DNA of 64,000 nt, taken from an uncultured Clostridium sp. GTDB taxonomy: Bacteria > Bacillota > Clostridia > TANB77 > CAG-508. The stretch lies in contig CAMMVE010000003.1 of NCBI GenBank assembly GCA_946500265.1, positions 21,882 to 85,881 on the forward strand, read 5' to 3'. Numbering within the stretch: the first letter of the stretch is position 1; each line of letters opens with the position of its first letter. Of the stretch, positions 48,849-58,608 are shown piece by piece. A program made the position numbers and the translations under genes. Under the pieces are notes generated by a model. The model was not told where the DNA came from. It saw nothing but the letters and a program-made list of their open reading frames with translations, and made no database searches.

Positions 48849-50186
48849 TTGTTTAAAACAATAAAAAATGCACTAAAAACACCAGACGTTAGAAAGAAAC
48901 TATTATACACATTATTATTAATAGTAATATTTAGACTAGGATGCTATATAACTGTTCCAGGAGTAGATACTTTTGCTTTAAGCGAAGCATTTGGAGAAGC
49001 AAATGGAATGGCATCACTTATAGACTTGATCTCAGGTGGAGCTTTCTCAAGATTTTCTATCTTTGCAATGTCTATAAGTCCATATATTACAGCATCAATC
49101 GTACTTCAATTATTGTCAATGGTAATACCTGCTTTAGAAAGACTTACTAAAGAAGGTGGAGAAGAAGGAAGAAAGAAAATAAATAGATACACAAAAATTC
49201 TTACTGTATTCTTAGCTTTAATTGAAGGTTTAGGAATATACTTAGCTTATAGCTCAACAGGAATATTTATTGGAAATAATTTTGCTACAGGTGCAACAGT
49301 TGTTATATCTTTAATGGCAGGTACTGCATTACTTATGTGGTTAGGAGATGAAATTACTAATAAAGGAATTGGTAATGGAATTTCAATAATCATATTTGTA
49401 GGTATTATTGCAGGTCTACCAGGAGCAGTAACAATGATATGGGATTTAATAATGCCAGTTGCAACTACAGGAGTAAGAGCTTTTAGTACAACAGGATTAT
49501 TAGTTTCATTAGGAATAATAATAGGAGCAATAATATTAGTTGCAGCAGTTGTATTTGTGCAACAGGCCGAAAGAAGAGTTCCTGTACAATACTCAAAAAG
49601 AGTAGTAGGAAGAAAAATGGTAGGTGCTCAAAACACACATATTCCATTGAAGTTAGTTATGGCTGGTGTTATGCCAATAATATTTGCATCATCATTCTTA
49701 ACATTCCCAGCAATGATAATTCAAATGTTTATACCAGACATAGCAACTCAAACTGGATTTTGGGCAACTATATATAATTTCTCTATAGCATCTTCAACAT
49801 CTCAGGTTGGATTAGGATATACAATAGCAAATGCTTTAGTTTATTTGCTATTAATAGTAGGATTTACATTCTTCTACACATATGCTACATTTAACCCAGC
49901 AGAAGTATCAAATAATATTAAGAGAAATGGCGGTTTTATACCTGGTATAAGAGCAGGAAAACCAACAACAGATTACTTATCATCAATAATAAGTAAACTT
50001 ACATGGTTTGGTGGATTATATCTAGCAATAATTGCTATATTGCCAATGCTTGTAAGATTCATTCCAAATGTAAACTTAGCATTTGGTGGTACTTCAATAT
50101 TAATCGTTGTAGGTGTTGCATTAGAGACAATACAACAATTAGAATCTCAATTAGTAATGAGACATTATAAAGGATTTTTGGAATAA
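48849..50186 (+). CDS. secY: Preprotein translocase subunit SecY (TTG start)
   Basis: 10-TM profile; ..LLYTLLLIVIFRLG.. SecY N-terminus; spc operon position. Confidence 0.9.
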   Translation: MFKTIKNALKTPDVRKKLLYTLLLIVIFRLGCYITVPGVDTFALSEAFGEANGMASLIDLISGGAFSRFSIFAMSISPYITASIVLQLLSMVIPALERLTKEGGEEGRKKINRYTKILTVFLALIEGLGIYLAYSSTGIFIGNNFATGATVVISLMAGTALLMWLGDEITNKGIGNGISIIIFVGIIAGLPGAVTMIWDLIMPVATTGVRAFSTTGLLVSLGIIIGAIILVAAVVFVQQAERRVPVQYSKRVVGRKMVGAQNTHIPLKLVMAGVMPIIFASSFLTFPAMIIQMFIPDIATQTGFWATIYNFSIASSTSQVGLGYTIANALVYLLLIVGFTFFYTYATFNPAEVSNNIKRNGGFIPGIRAGKPTTDYLSSIISKLTWFGGLYLAIIAILPMLVRFIPNVNLAFGGTSILIVVGVALETIQQLESQLVMRHYKGFLE

Positions 50187-50286
50187 AATATAATATAAAG
50201 CTCTGGCCGCACTCTAAAAGTGCGGGCAGTGCTGTGTATGCATATATAACAAAATTAAGTTAATGAAAATTAGGAGTAGTGATTCG

Positions 50287-50949
50287 ATGTATATAGTGAT
50301 GCTAGGAGCTCCAGGAACAGGAAAAGGAACAATAGGAAAAATATTATCTAAAGATTTAAATTTAGTACATGTTTCTACTGGAGACATATTTAGAGATCAA
50401 ATAACAAAAGGAACAAAACTTGGAAAGAAAATTCAAGGATTTATCGAAACAGGCGCATTAGTTCCAGATGACGTGGTTATAGAAACTGTAAAAACAAGAT
50501 TATTAGATGAAGATGTTAAAGAAGGAGCAATACTTGATGGATTCCCAAGAACAGTAGCTCAGGCAGAAGCTTTAAGAGATTTCTTAAAAGAAAATAAGCC
50601 TGGAGCAAAAAGGGTAGCTTTAGAGTTAGATGTTCCAGATGACGAGATTATAAGAAGAGTAGTAAATAGATTAATATGTTCAAATAAATCTTGTGGAGCA
50701 ATTTATAATAAAGAGACAAAACCACCAAAAAAAGAAGGAATTTGCGATATCTGTGGTAGTGAACTTAGAAGAAGACATGATGATAACGAGGAAACTGTTA
50801 CAAAAAGATTAGCTATCTATCATGAAAATTCTAATGATTTAATAGATTTTTATAGAAAAAACAATGCTCTATATTCAATTTATCCAAAAGACTTAGATGT
50901 CGCTGTGAAAGATATAGAGAATTTCTTAGATGAGTATAGAAGGAAGTAA
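50287..50949 (+). CDS. adk: Adenylate kinase (zinc-lid type)
   Basis: MYIVMLGAPGTGKGT P-loop; lid CSNKSC...CDICG; TAGGAG SD. Confidence 0.9.
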   Translation: MYIVMLGAPGTGKGTIGKILSKDLNLVHVSTGDIFRDQITKGTKLGKKIQGFIETGALVPDDVVIETVKTRLLDEDVKEGAILDGFPRTVAQAEALRDFLKENKPGAKRVALELDVPDDEIIRRVVNRLICSNKSCGAIYNKETKPPKKEGICDICGSELRRRHDDNEETVTKRLAIYHENSNDLIDFYRKNNALYSIYPKDLDVAVKDIENFLDEYRRK

Positions 50950-50955
50950 TATAAA

Positions 50956-51726
50956 GTGGTTACTATAAAGTCAGAAAAAGAAATAAAATTAATGCGCGAA
51001 GCATGTAGAATTACTAGTTTAGTATATAAAGAAATTGAAAAAATCATAAAACCAGGAATGTCTACTTTAGAACTTGATAATTTTGCAGATAAAATTATTA
51101 GAGAAAATGGCGGAATACCAGCGCAAAAAGGTTATCCTAGTGGAATGAAGGGAGTACCAGCATTTCCTGCAACCCTTTGCATTTCTATAAATGACGAAGT
51201 AATTCATGGAATACCATCTTCAAAAAAGATAATTAAAGATGGAGATGTTGTTAGTATAGATTTAGTTGTTTATAAAGATGGATTTAATGGAGACGCAGCA
51301 AGAACATTTATTGTTGGCAATGGTAGTAGCGAAGCTAAAAAATTAGTAGATGTTACTAAACAAGCTTTCTTCGAAGGAATTAAATATGCAAAACCAGGCA
51401 ATAGAATAGGAGATATATCACATCGTATAGGAGAATTTGTAGAAAGCAATGGTTTTAATGTGGTAAGAGAATTCCAAGGTCATGGAATAGGAAGAGAAAT
51501 GCATGAAGATCCAGGTATACCAAACTATGGAAAAGCAGGTCGTGGAATAAGACTTGAACCTGGCATGACACTAGCGGTTGAGCCAATGGTTATAGCAGGA
51601 AGAAGAGATATTTACCAAGATTATGATGGTTGGACAATTTTAACACAAGATGGAAGCTTATCTGCACATTACGAAAATACAATATTAATTACAGAAAAAG
51701 AGCCAGAAATCTTGACATTGGTTTAA
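50956..51726 (+). CDS. map: Type I methionine aminopeptidase (GTG start)
   Basis: ..IKSEKEIKLMREACRI.. and metal-binding D/D/H/E/E pattern. Confidence 0.9.
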   Translation: MVTIKSEKEIKLMREACRITSLVYKEIEKIIKPGMSTLELDNFADKIIRENGGIPAQKGYPSGMKGVPAFPATLCISINDEVIHGIPSSKKIIKDGDVVSIDLVVYKDGFNGDAARTFIVGNGSSEAKKLVDVTKQAFFEGIKYAKPGNRIGDISHRIGEFVESNGFNVVREFQGHGIGREMHEDPGIPNYGKAGRGIRLEPGMTLAVEPMVIAGRRDIYQDYDGWTILTQDGSLSAHYENTILITEKEPEILTLV

Positions 51727-51798
51727 TTTTGTTATATACTATATGGGTATTTTATTGTAAAATAGTACAATTGACTAAAAAAGAAAATGGAGGACATT

Positions 51799-52017
51799 AT
51801 GTCAAAAGAAGATGTTATTGAAGTAGAAGGAGTTGTTGTTGAAACATTGCCTAATACTACATTTAAGGTAGAACTTGAAAATGGACATCAAATTTTAGCT
51901 CATATTTCAGGAAAACTTAGAATGAATTACATAAAAATTCTACCAGGTGACAAAGTAAAGGTTGAGTTATCACCATATGACCTAAATCGTGGAAGAATTA
52001 CATGGAGAGCTAAATAA
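51799..52017 (+). CDS. infA: Translation initiation factor IF-1
   Basis: [62 protein letters not shown]..; GGAGG SD. Confidence 0.95.
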   Translation: MSKEDVIEVEGVVVETLPNTTFKVELENGHQILAHISGKLRMNYIKILPGDKVKVELSPYDLNRGRITWRAK

Positions 52018-52066
52018 AATAAATATTAACCCAAACATATAATTCTAGAGTAAAGAGGTGTAGAAA

Positions 52067-52180
52067 ATGAAAGTAAGACCATCAGTTAAGAAAATATGCG
52101 AAAAATGTAAGGTTATAAAAAGAAAAGGTGTAATTAGGGTAATTTGCGAAAATCCTAAACACAAACAAAGACAAGGATAA
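52067..52180 (+). CDS. rpmJ: 50S ribosomal protein L36 (not in ORF track, 37 aa)
   Basis: [37 protein letters not shown] translated by hand; GAGGTG SD. Confidence 0.9.
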   Translation: MKVRPSVKKICEKCKVIKRKGVIRVICENPKHKQRQG

Positions 52181-52393
52181 TTTAAAATTTTGTTAATAAC
52201 ACAAATCCAGATTAGCGGCTGTAACTGTTAGAAAGTATAATCTAACAGTTATATATCGGGTTTGTGTCTATATATCGTTTGAAAACATATTAAAGATTGA
52301 TATATTTATTCCATATATCAATGCATTTCACCTTTAATATAGCTCAAACAAACATAATAATTAAAAATAACATATGGAGGTGCTAGAAAAATT

Positions 52394-52759
52394 ATGGCTC
52401 GTTTAGCAGGAGTTGATTTACCTAGAGAAAAAAGAGTTGAGATAGGATTAACATACATTTATGGTATTGGATTATCTAGCTCACAAAAAATATTAAAAGC
52501 AGCAAACGTTAACCCAGATACAAGAGTTAAAGATTTAACAGATGACCAAGTACAAGCAATTAGAAAAGCTATGGATGGTTACAAAGTAGAAGGAGACTTA
52601 CGTAGAGAAGTTGCTTTAAATATTAAAAGACTTACAGAAATAGGATGTTATAGAGGAATCAGACATAGAAGAGGTTTACCTGTAAGAGGACAAAGAACAA
52701 AGACAAATGCTCGTACTAGAAAGGGACCTAGGAAGTTGGTTAGCAAGAGCAAAAAATAA
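52394..52759 (+). CDS. rpsM: 30S ribosomal protein S13
   Basis: [26 protein letters not shown].. S13. Confidence 0.95.
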   Translation: MARLAGVDLPREKRVEIGLTYIYGIGLSSSQKILKAANVNPDTRVKDLTDDQVQAIRKAMDGYKVEGDLRREVALNIKRLTEIGCYRGIRHRRGLPVRGQRTKTNARTRKGPRKLVSKSKK

Positions 52760-52764
52760 AACAA

Positions 52765-52965
52765 ATGAAAAGCTTCGTATTGCGTTGTCAAGCGTCGCAT
52801 AAAATTTTTTCGATATACACAAGTATTATCTCAAAAATTTTAGCTAGCTTTCCTAGCACTACTCGCTTTTGATTTGTTTTAAATAAAAAAGAATTAAAAG
52901 TACGTCTAACAAAATATGCTGAAAATTAGCTCGGCTGCCTTGTTATACTCGCTTCTAATTCGAAT
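52765..52965. repeat. C-type repeat (two sub-units) between rpsM and rpsK
   Basis: GAAAAGCTTCGTATTGCGTTGTCAAGCG..TTTTTTCGATATACACAAGTATTATCTCAAAAATTTTAGCTAGCTTTCCTAGCACTACTCGCTTTTGATT.. and ..CTCGGCTGCCTTGTTATACTCGCTTCTAATT. Confidence 0.6.
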
Positions 52966-53075
52966 AAAAAAATTATACACTTTTGAAGAATTTATATAAA
53001 AAGTTAAAATTTCTTTAATAAAAGAAAAAATTACTTTAAGAGTAAGGAATAATTTAAGAAGGAGGAAATTTTAAA

Positions 53076-53471
53076 ATGGCTAAAGCTGTAGCAAAAAAAG
53101 TTACTAGAAGAAGAGATAGAAAAAACATTGAAAAAGGTATGGCTCATATTCATTCTAGTTTCAATAATACAATAGTTACAATAACAGATACTCAAGGTAA
53201 TGCATTATCTTGGGCAAGTGCAGGAGAACTTGGTTTTAAAGGTTCAAGAAAAAGCACACCATTTGCAGCTGGAGAAGCAGCTGAAACAGCAGCTAAAGCA
53301 GCAATGGAACATGGACTAAAATCAGTTGAAGTTTATGTTAAAGGACCAGGTTCTGGACGTGAAGCTGCAATTAGGTCTTTACAAGCAGCTGGTTTGGAAA
53401 TAAGCAGTATCAAAGATGTTACTCCAATACCACACAATGGTTGTAGACCACCAAAAAGAAGAAGAGTTTAA
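53076..53471 (+). CDS. rpsK: 30S ribosomal protein S11
   Basis: ..[30 protein letters not shown].. S11. Confidence 0.95.
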   Translation: MAKAVAKKVTRRRDRKNIEKGMAHIHSSFNNTIVTITDTQGNALSWASAGELGFKGSRKSTPFAAGEAAETAAKAAMEHGLKSVEVYVKGPGSGREAAIRSLQAAGLEISSIKDVTPIPHNGCRPPKRRRV

Positions 53472-53498
53472 AAAAAGAAGGAAAGGTGAAAATATAAA

Positions 53499-54125
53499 AT
53501 GGCAAGATATAAAGATGAACAATGCCGTATTTGCCGTAGAGAAGGACAAAAATTGTTTTTAAAAGGTTCAAGATGTTATACTGACAAATGTAGCATTTCA
53601 AGAAGAAATTATGCACCAGGACAAAATGGTCAAAAGAAGAAAAAACTTTCTGAATATGGTACACAGTTAAGAGAAAAACAAAAAACTAAAGCTTACTATG
53701 GAGTAAGTGAAAAACAATTTAGAAAATACTTTGAAATGGCTTTAACAGAAAAAGGCATTACAGGTGAAGTATTACTTCAAATATTAGAAAGTAGATTAGA
53801 CAATGTTGTATATAGACTAGGTTTTGGAAGTTCAAGAGCACAAGCAAGAATGCTTGTAACACATGGTGCTTTTGAAGTAAATGGACATAAAGTTGATATA
53901 CCATCATATTTAGTAAAAGCAGGAGATGTAATCTCTGTAAGAGAAATTAGAAAAGATAATAAAGCTATACAAGCAAATGTAGAAGAAAATGCAGCAAGAC
54001 CTGTTCCAGCATGGCTAGAAAAGGATGCTGAAAAATTAAGTGGTAAAATAGTAAGACTTGCTTCAAGAGAAGATATAGACTTACCAGTAGAAGAGCACTT
54101 AATAGTAGAGCTTTACTCTAAATAA
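53499..54125 (+). CDS. rpsD: 30S ribosomal protein S4
   Basis: [31 protein letters not shown].. zinc-finger S4. Confidence 0.95.
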   Translation: MARYKDEQCRICRREGQKLFLKGSRCYTDKCSISRRNYAPGQNGQKKKKLSEYGTQLREKQKTKAYYGVSEKQFRKYFEMALTEKGITGEVLLQILESRLDNVVYRLGFGSSRAQARMLVTHGAFEVNGHKVDIPSYLVKAGDVISVREIRKDNKAIQANVEENAARPVPAWLEKDAEKLSGKIVRLASREDIDLPVEEHLIVELYSK

Positions 54126-54258
54126 TAGCTAGAAGTTAGTTGTAATCAATTTAGAAATTGGCACAATATTTCTAAAATTAAATAAAAGATGAAGTAGGGA
54201 AAAGGGGAAAGATTAATCTTTAACTACCAACCTCTAACTTCTAAATTAGGAGGTAAAA

Positions 54259-55206
54259 ATGATAGAATTTGAAAGACCAAATATTAAATGCTTAGAAATT
54301 GACAACGATAGTAATTATGCAAAATTTGTTTGTGAGCCATTAGAAAGAGGATATGGAATTACAATAGGAAACTCACTAAGAAGAATATTACTATCTTCAC
54401 TTCCTGGAAGTGCTATTACAAGCGTAAAAATAGATGGAGTTCTACATGAATTTTCTACAATACCAAACGTAGTAGAGGATGTTCCAGAGATAGTTATTAA
54501 CTTAAAGAGTGTAAGACTTAAGCTAGACAGAAATGAAGAGAAAGTATTAAGAATTGACTTTAAAGGACCAGGAGAGGTTAAAGCTGGTGATATAATTACA
54601 GATGGAACAGTAGAAATATTAAATCCAGATTTACATATAGCAACAGTTTCAGAAGGTGGAACACTAAAGATGGAACTAACAGCTGATATGGGTAGAGGTT
54701 ATAATAATGCTGAAAAAAATAAAAAACCAGACCAAGCAATAGGAGTACTTCCAATAGACTCTATATATACACCAGTTAAGAAAGTAAACTATTCTGTTGA
54801 AAATACTAGAGTTGGTCAAAGAGTAGATTATGACAAATTAACTATAGAAGTATGGACAGACGGAAGCTTGAAACCATATGAGGCATTAAGCTTGGCTGCA
54901 AAAGTTATGACTGGACATTTAGAATTATTTATTGACTTATCAGAAACAGCAAAAAATACTCAAGTAATGGTTGAAAAAGAAGAAAACAAGAAAGAAAGAG
55001 TATTAGAAATGTCAATAGAAGACTTAGAATTATCTGTTAGATCATTCAACTGCTTAAAGAGAGCAGCAATTGCAACAGTTGAAGATTTAACAAATAAGAC
55101 AGAAGCTGATATGATGAAAGTAAGAAATCTAGGAAAGAAATCTCTAGATGAAGTAACAAATAAATTACATGCATTAGGATTAGACTTCAAGAAAGAAGAA
55201 GAATAG
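54259..55206 (+). CDS. rpoA: DNA-directed RNA polymerase subunit alpha
   Basis: Conserved N-terminal dimerisation domain and C-terminal ..[20 protein letters not shown].. CTD. Confidence 0.95.
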   Translation: MIEFERPNIKCLEIDNDSNYAKFVCEPLERGYGITIGNSLRRILLSSLPGSAITSVKIDGVLHEFSTIPNVVEDVPEIVINLKSVRLKLDRNEEKVLRIDFKGPGEVKAGDIITDGTVEILNPDLHIATVSEGGTLKMELTADMGRGYNNAEKNKKPDQAIGVLPIDSIYTPVKKVNYSVENTRVGQRVDYDKLTIEVWTDGSLKPYEALSLAAKVMTGHLELFIDLSETAKNTQVMVEKEENKKERVLEMSIEDLELSVRSFNCLKRAAIATVEDLTNKTEADMMKVRNLGKKSLDEVTNKLHALGLDFKKEEE

Positions 55207-55294
55207 AATTTATAACTGTTACAAGTTAAAATCAAAGAATATTTCTTTATAAAACAAAACATAGACTAGAACAATGAAGAGGAGGGAAAACAAA

Positions 55295-55819
55295 GTGGCA
55301 ACTAATAGAAAGTTAGGTAAAACAACTGATATAAGATTAGCAATGCTTAAAACTCAAGTTACTGATTTAATATTACATGGAAAAATAGAAACAACAGAAG
55401 CTAGAGCAAAAGAAGTAAAAGCAATAGCTGATAGCTTAATCTCATTAGCTGTAAAAGAAAAAGATAACTTTGAAACAGTTGAGGTTAAAGTTTCTAGAAC
55501 TAAATTAGATGCAAAAGGAAATAAAGAAACAGAACTTGTAAAAAGCAAAAATGGTAAAGAATATCTAAAAGTAGTTAGAGAAGAAGTTACAGAAAAAAGA
55601 CAAAAAGATATGCCATCAAGATTAAATGCAAGAAGAAAAATGATGAAAACATTAAACAAAGTAAAAGACGAAAACGGAAAAAATATAGACTTAACTGCAA
55701 AACTATTCAATGAAATAGCTCCAAATTATGAAGGAAGAGTAGGAGGATATACACGTATCCTAAAACTTGGACAAAGAAGAGGAGACGCAGCAGAAATGGT
55801 TATATTACAATTAGTATAA
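55295..55819 (+). CDS. rplQ: 50S ribosomal protein L17 with ~55-aa internal insertion (GTG start; ORF-track ATG 55274 overlaps the SD)
   Basis: ..[16 protein letters not shown].. and C-terminal ..[38 protein letters not shown]; central Lys/Glu-rich segment absent from typical L17. Confidence 0.85.
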   Translation: MATNRKLGKTTDIRLAMLKTQVTDLILHGKIETTEARAKEVKAIADSLISLAVKEKDNFETVEVKVSRTKLDAKGNKETELVKSKNGKEYLKVVREEVTEKRQKDMPSRLNARRKMMKTLNKVKDENGKNIDLTAKLFNEIAPNYEGRVGGYTRILKLGQRRGDAAEMVILQLV

Positions 55820-55831
55820 GATGAATGAAAT

Positions 55832-55903
55832 ATGTCGCATTGGGGACAGGTCTCCAGGCGACATTTTGTCGTTTTAGGGACAGGTCTCTCGCCGACATTT
55901 TGC
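55832..55903. repeat. B-type repeat, two tandem units (GGGACAGGTCTC..GCGACATTTTGTCG)
   Basis: Inverse orientation relative to 61197-61262 and 7977-8078. Confidence 0.6.
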
Positions 55904-56058
55904 AATACAAATTGGGAATACTGTTCCTAATTTGTATAAAATGATGCATAGATTATTGCAGGACGAATAAACAAAAAGTTTCTAATAAAATTTTTATAGC
56001 GAACAACTTCACCTTTTAAATCATATAATAGAGTAACAATAAAATATTACTAGTTTAT

Positions 56059-56442
56059 ATGAGCATTGAAAGGGATGAAATTGATATGTTGGACTTTATA
56101 ATAAATGGAATATTCTGGGTGCTTGCACTATATGGCTTATTTGAGATAATTAAAAATATTATATATATTTGTACATATACAAATCTGAAATCTGATGGAA
56201 TCTATGTGATTATAGCAGCTAAAAATCAGGAGAATAAAATAGAAGGCTTTTTACGTACAATTCTATTTCGAATAATGTATGGCAAGGAAGAATGCGTAAA
56301 AGATGTTATAGTTACAGATTTAAATTCAAGTGATGATACGATGAAAATCCTTGAAAAATTGAGTAAAGATTATGATGGAATAAAAGTAGTTAATTGGAAA
56401 GAATGTAAGGAAGTAATAGATAATATAAAAGAGGCAAGCTGA
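56059..56442 (+). CDS. Hypothetical membrane protein with truncated GT2-like segment
   Basis: N-terminal TM helix; ..GIYVIIAAKNQENKIEGFL..VIVTDLNSSDDT.. resembles start of a GT2 domain but ORF is only 127 aa. Confidence 0.45.
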   Translation: MSIERDEIDMLDFIINGIFWVLALYGLFEIIKNIIYICTYTNLKSDGIYVIIAAKNQENKIEGFLRTILFRIMYGKEECVKDVIVTDLNSSDDTMKILEKLSKDYDGIKVVNWKECKEVIDNIKEAS

Positions 56443-56473
56443 AAAAGAGCGTAAAAAGCTCTTTTTTTGTTTA

Positions 56474-56725
56474 TTATAAATCAATTCCATCAAACAAATC
56501 TGATATTGAAACTTTTAATGCTTTAGCAAATCGATAAACTTCGAAGTCTGCAATAAACTTTTTTCCGTTTTCTAGTTTAGAAATATCAGAACGACTGATT
56601 TGATATCCCATTACTTGCATCCTGGCACACAAATCTTCTTGAGTTACCTTTTTTTCTTTTCTTATTCTTAGTATGTTATTTCCGGTAATATTATATGAAT
56701 CATTAAATTTCTTATTTTTTTGCAT
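56474..56725 (-). CDS. XRE-family helix-turn-helix transcriptional regulator
   Basis: ..ILRIRKEKKVTQEDLCARMQVMGYQISRSDISKLENGKK.. HTH_3 pattern. Confidence 0.8.
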   Translation of the reverse strand: MQKNKKFNDSYNITGNNILRIRKEKKVTQEDLCARMQVMGYQISRSDISKLENGKKFIADFEVYRFAKALKVSISDLFDGIDL

Positions 56726-56859
56726 TTCTCTCTCCTAAAAATGTTCTAAAAAAGAACAAAAGTTACAAATGTAAGATTACAAAATTTCACCTTTTTATGT
56801 TGCTAAAAAAATTAAACTGTAATATAATGTAGAAGAAAATAAAATCTTGGAGGAAAAAG

Positions 56860-57909
56860 GTGAATATACAAAAGAAACTATCAAGATTAGGGATACAAAA
56901 AATAGAAGAATTAAATAAAAAAGATGTGAATTATTTAGCTCATTATATGGCAAATTGTATGACAAATACATTTTCATCTTTGCAAGATTTCTATAATGAA
57001 ATTTTAGCAAAATTGTTAAATTGTAAAATGTATTATGCACGAATTGAGGGAGATTTGTCTAAAGTAAATTATATCTACGAAGACAATTGTATTTATATAG
57101 ACGAAAATGTAAATATATATGAACCAAATGAGCAGTTATTTCATGAACTTATACATTATTTACAGGTAGTAAAAAAGAAAAACGGAAAAATAAAACAAAT
57201 AGGTTTGTGCGATTTTGGAGATTTTTCATTAACTGGATTAGGAATAAATGAAGCATTAGTTCAATACATGTCAGCTAGACTTATGAAAAGAGTAAAGGAA
57301 AGAGCTTTTGTTTATGGACTAGAAATAAATACGATTAGTCCAGAAACTTATCCAGTGTTAACTAATTTAATGGAACAACTAATTTATTTGCTAGGAGAAG
57401 AGCAAATTATATTAGCGTCTCTAAATTTTAATAATAAATTTGATGATTTATTTTATAATACTTTTGAAGAAAAAGGCAAATTAATCATAAAAAACTTTGA
57501 CAAGATTTTGGATTTAAAAAATAAATTATTAGAATCAAAAGAAGGAATTTACAAAAAAGAGACAAAAGAAATACTTGAGGAATGCATACTATATGCATAT
57601 TTAGAAATGCAAAACATGATGATGACAAAGTATTTTGACAAGATTGTTACATTATTAACATCAATTGAAGAAGTTGATTTTTATATAGAAAAATTCTTGA
57701 ACTATAGAAAATTATTAGGAGTAACAGAAAAAAATAGATATGAGGTGTTAGATTTTTACGAAGAATATAAAGATGGAATAATGACAAAATTCGACAAACA
57801 GCTTATGAAAATAAGTAAAAATCAAGGTAAAAATACATTATCATTATATAATAATAAATTTGGAGCTTTTTTAAAGAAAATGATATCACGTTTTGGAGCA
57901 AAAGGATAA
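56860..57909 (+). CDS. ImmA/IrrE-like (DUF955) metallopeptidase-motif protein, divergent partner of XRE regulator
   Basis: HExxH motif LFHELIHYLQ; 349 aa; divergently transcribed from 56474..56725 with 134-nt spacer. Confidence 0.5.
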   Translation: MNIQKKLSRLGIQKIEELNKKDVNYLAHYMANCMTNTFSSLQDFYNEILAKLLNCKMYYARIEGDLSKVNYIYEDNCIYIDENVNIYEPNEQLFHELIHYLQVVKKKNGKIKQIGLCDFGDFSLTGLGINEALVQYMSARLMKRVKERAFVYGLEINTISPETYPVLTNLMEQLIYLLGEEQIILASLNFNNKFDDLFYNTFEEKGKLIIKNFDKILDLKNKLLESKEGIYKKETKEILEECILYAYLEMQNMMMTKYFDKIVTLLTSIEEVDFYIEKFLNYRKLLGVTEKNRYEVLDFYEEYKDGIMTKFDKQLMKISKNQGKNTLSLYNNKFGAFLKKMISRFGAKG

Positions 57910-57961
57910 TAAGTACGATTTATATGATTGTATAAATGAAATACAATATAATTATTAATTA

Positions 57962-58283
57962 AAAGAATAGTTTTAGTATATTTAATAAAAGCGTTGAAAT
58001 ACCAACTTTCCATGAAACACGCAAAGTTGTAAGAAGACCATTTTTAATTATAGAAAGATTATAATTTTTACGAACAGTCAAAGCTAAGCAATTAGTTTCG
58101 GCTGTTTCTTTTTGGTCTGCAATTTCTGCAACTGAAAAATCTGATTCTAGAGATGGTTGCACTTCGGAAATCGATATATGATTATTTGCAGAAGTATCAG
58201 AAGGGTCTTCAAAAGAAGGAACGTCACTTGCTAAAATAGTTCCTTGACTATTTTCCTGAACTTCATTAACAAATAAAAAAAAT
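57962..58283 (-). pseudogene. 5'-truncated gene fragment (acidic/Ser-Thr-rich C-terminal ~105 codons, no start codon) abutting cassette promoter
   Basis: Minus-strand frame ..VNEVQENSQGTILASDVPSFEDPSDTSANNHISISEVQPSLESDF.. open only to 58283, where cassette UP/promoter sequence begins. Confidence 0.4.
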
Positions 58284-58295
58284 CATAAAAAATAC

Positions 58296-58324
58296 TTGAA
58301 AAATGAATACTGTTAAGGTAGAAT
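58296..58324 (+). promoter_or_regulatory. Promoter of cassette copy 4 (TTGAAA-17-TAGAAT)
   Basis: Identical spacing and near-identical sequence to 17193-17221; downstream leader retains uORF start (58383) but (AG)n reduced to (AG)3 and GGATAGTCTG motif lost. Confidence 0.4.
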
Positions 58325-58608
58325 AAGAATATGCTAGAAGGTTACGCATGAACAAATGAAAATAAGGAGAAAAAATAAAGAAATGAAAATTGATAAAACT
58401 CTTGATACTGTAGAGAGATACAATTTACTCAACATGGATATCGAAATCAGTATCAGAAGAGAACTATACAGAAGAATTAGATAGAATAAAAACAAGTGAA
58501 GGCTTAAGAAATGATATTGAATTAAGTCTTATTTGTGATATAGAAAAAGTAAAAAGGAAGAATGTCACAATATAGTACGAAAAAACTAGAAAAAGGAGAT
58601 AAAAGAGT

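Noticed and set aside
48941-49150. 69-aa ORF inside secY in another frame, and 23810..24172 inside infB
   Set aside because: Internal alternative-frame ORFs within strongly conserved genes; no independent support.
50205-50227. Hairpin GGCCGCACT..AGTGCGGGC after secY as terminator
   Set aside because: No following T-run and adk follows 60 nt later in the same operon; at most a processing stem.
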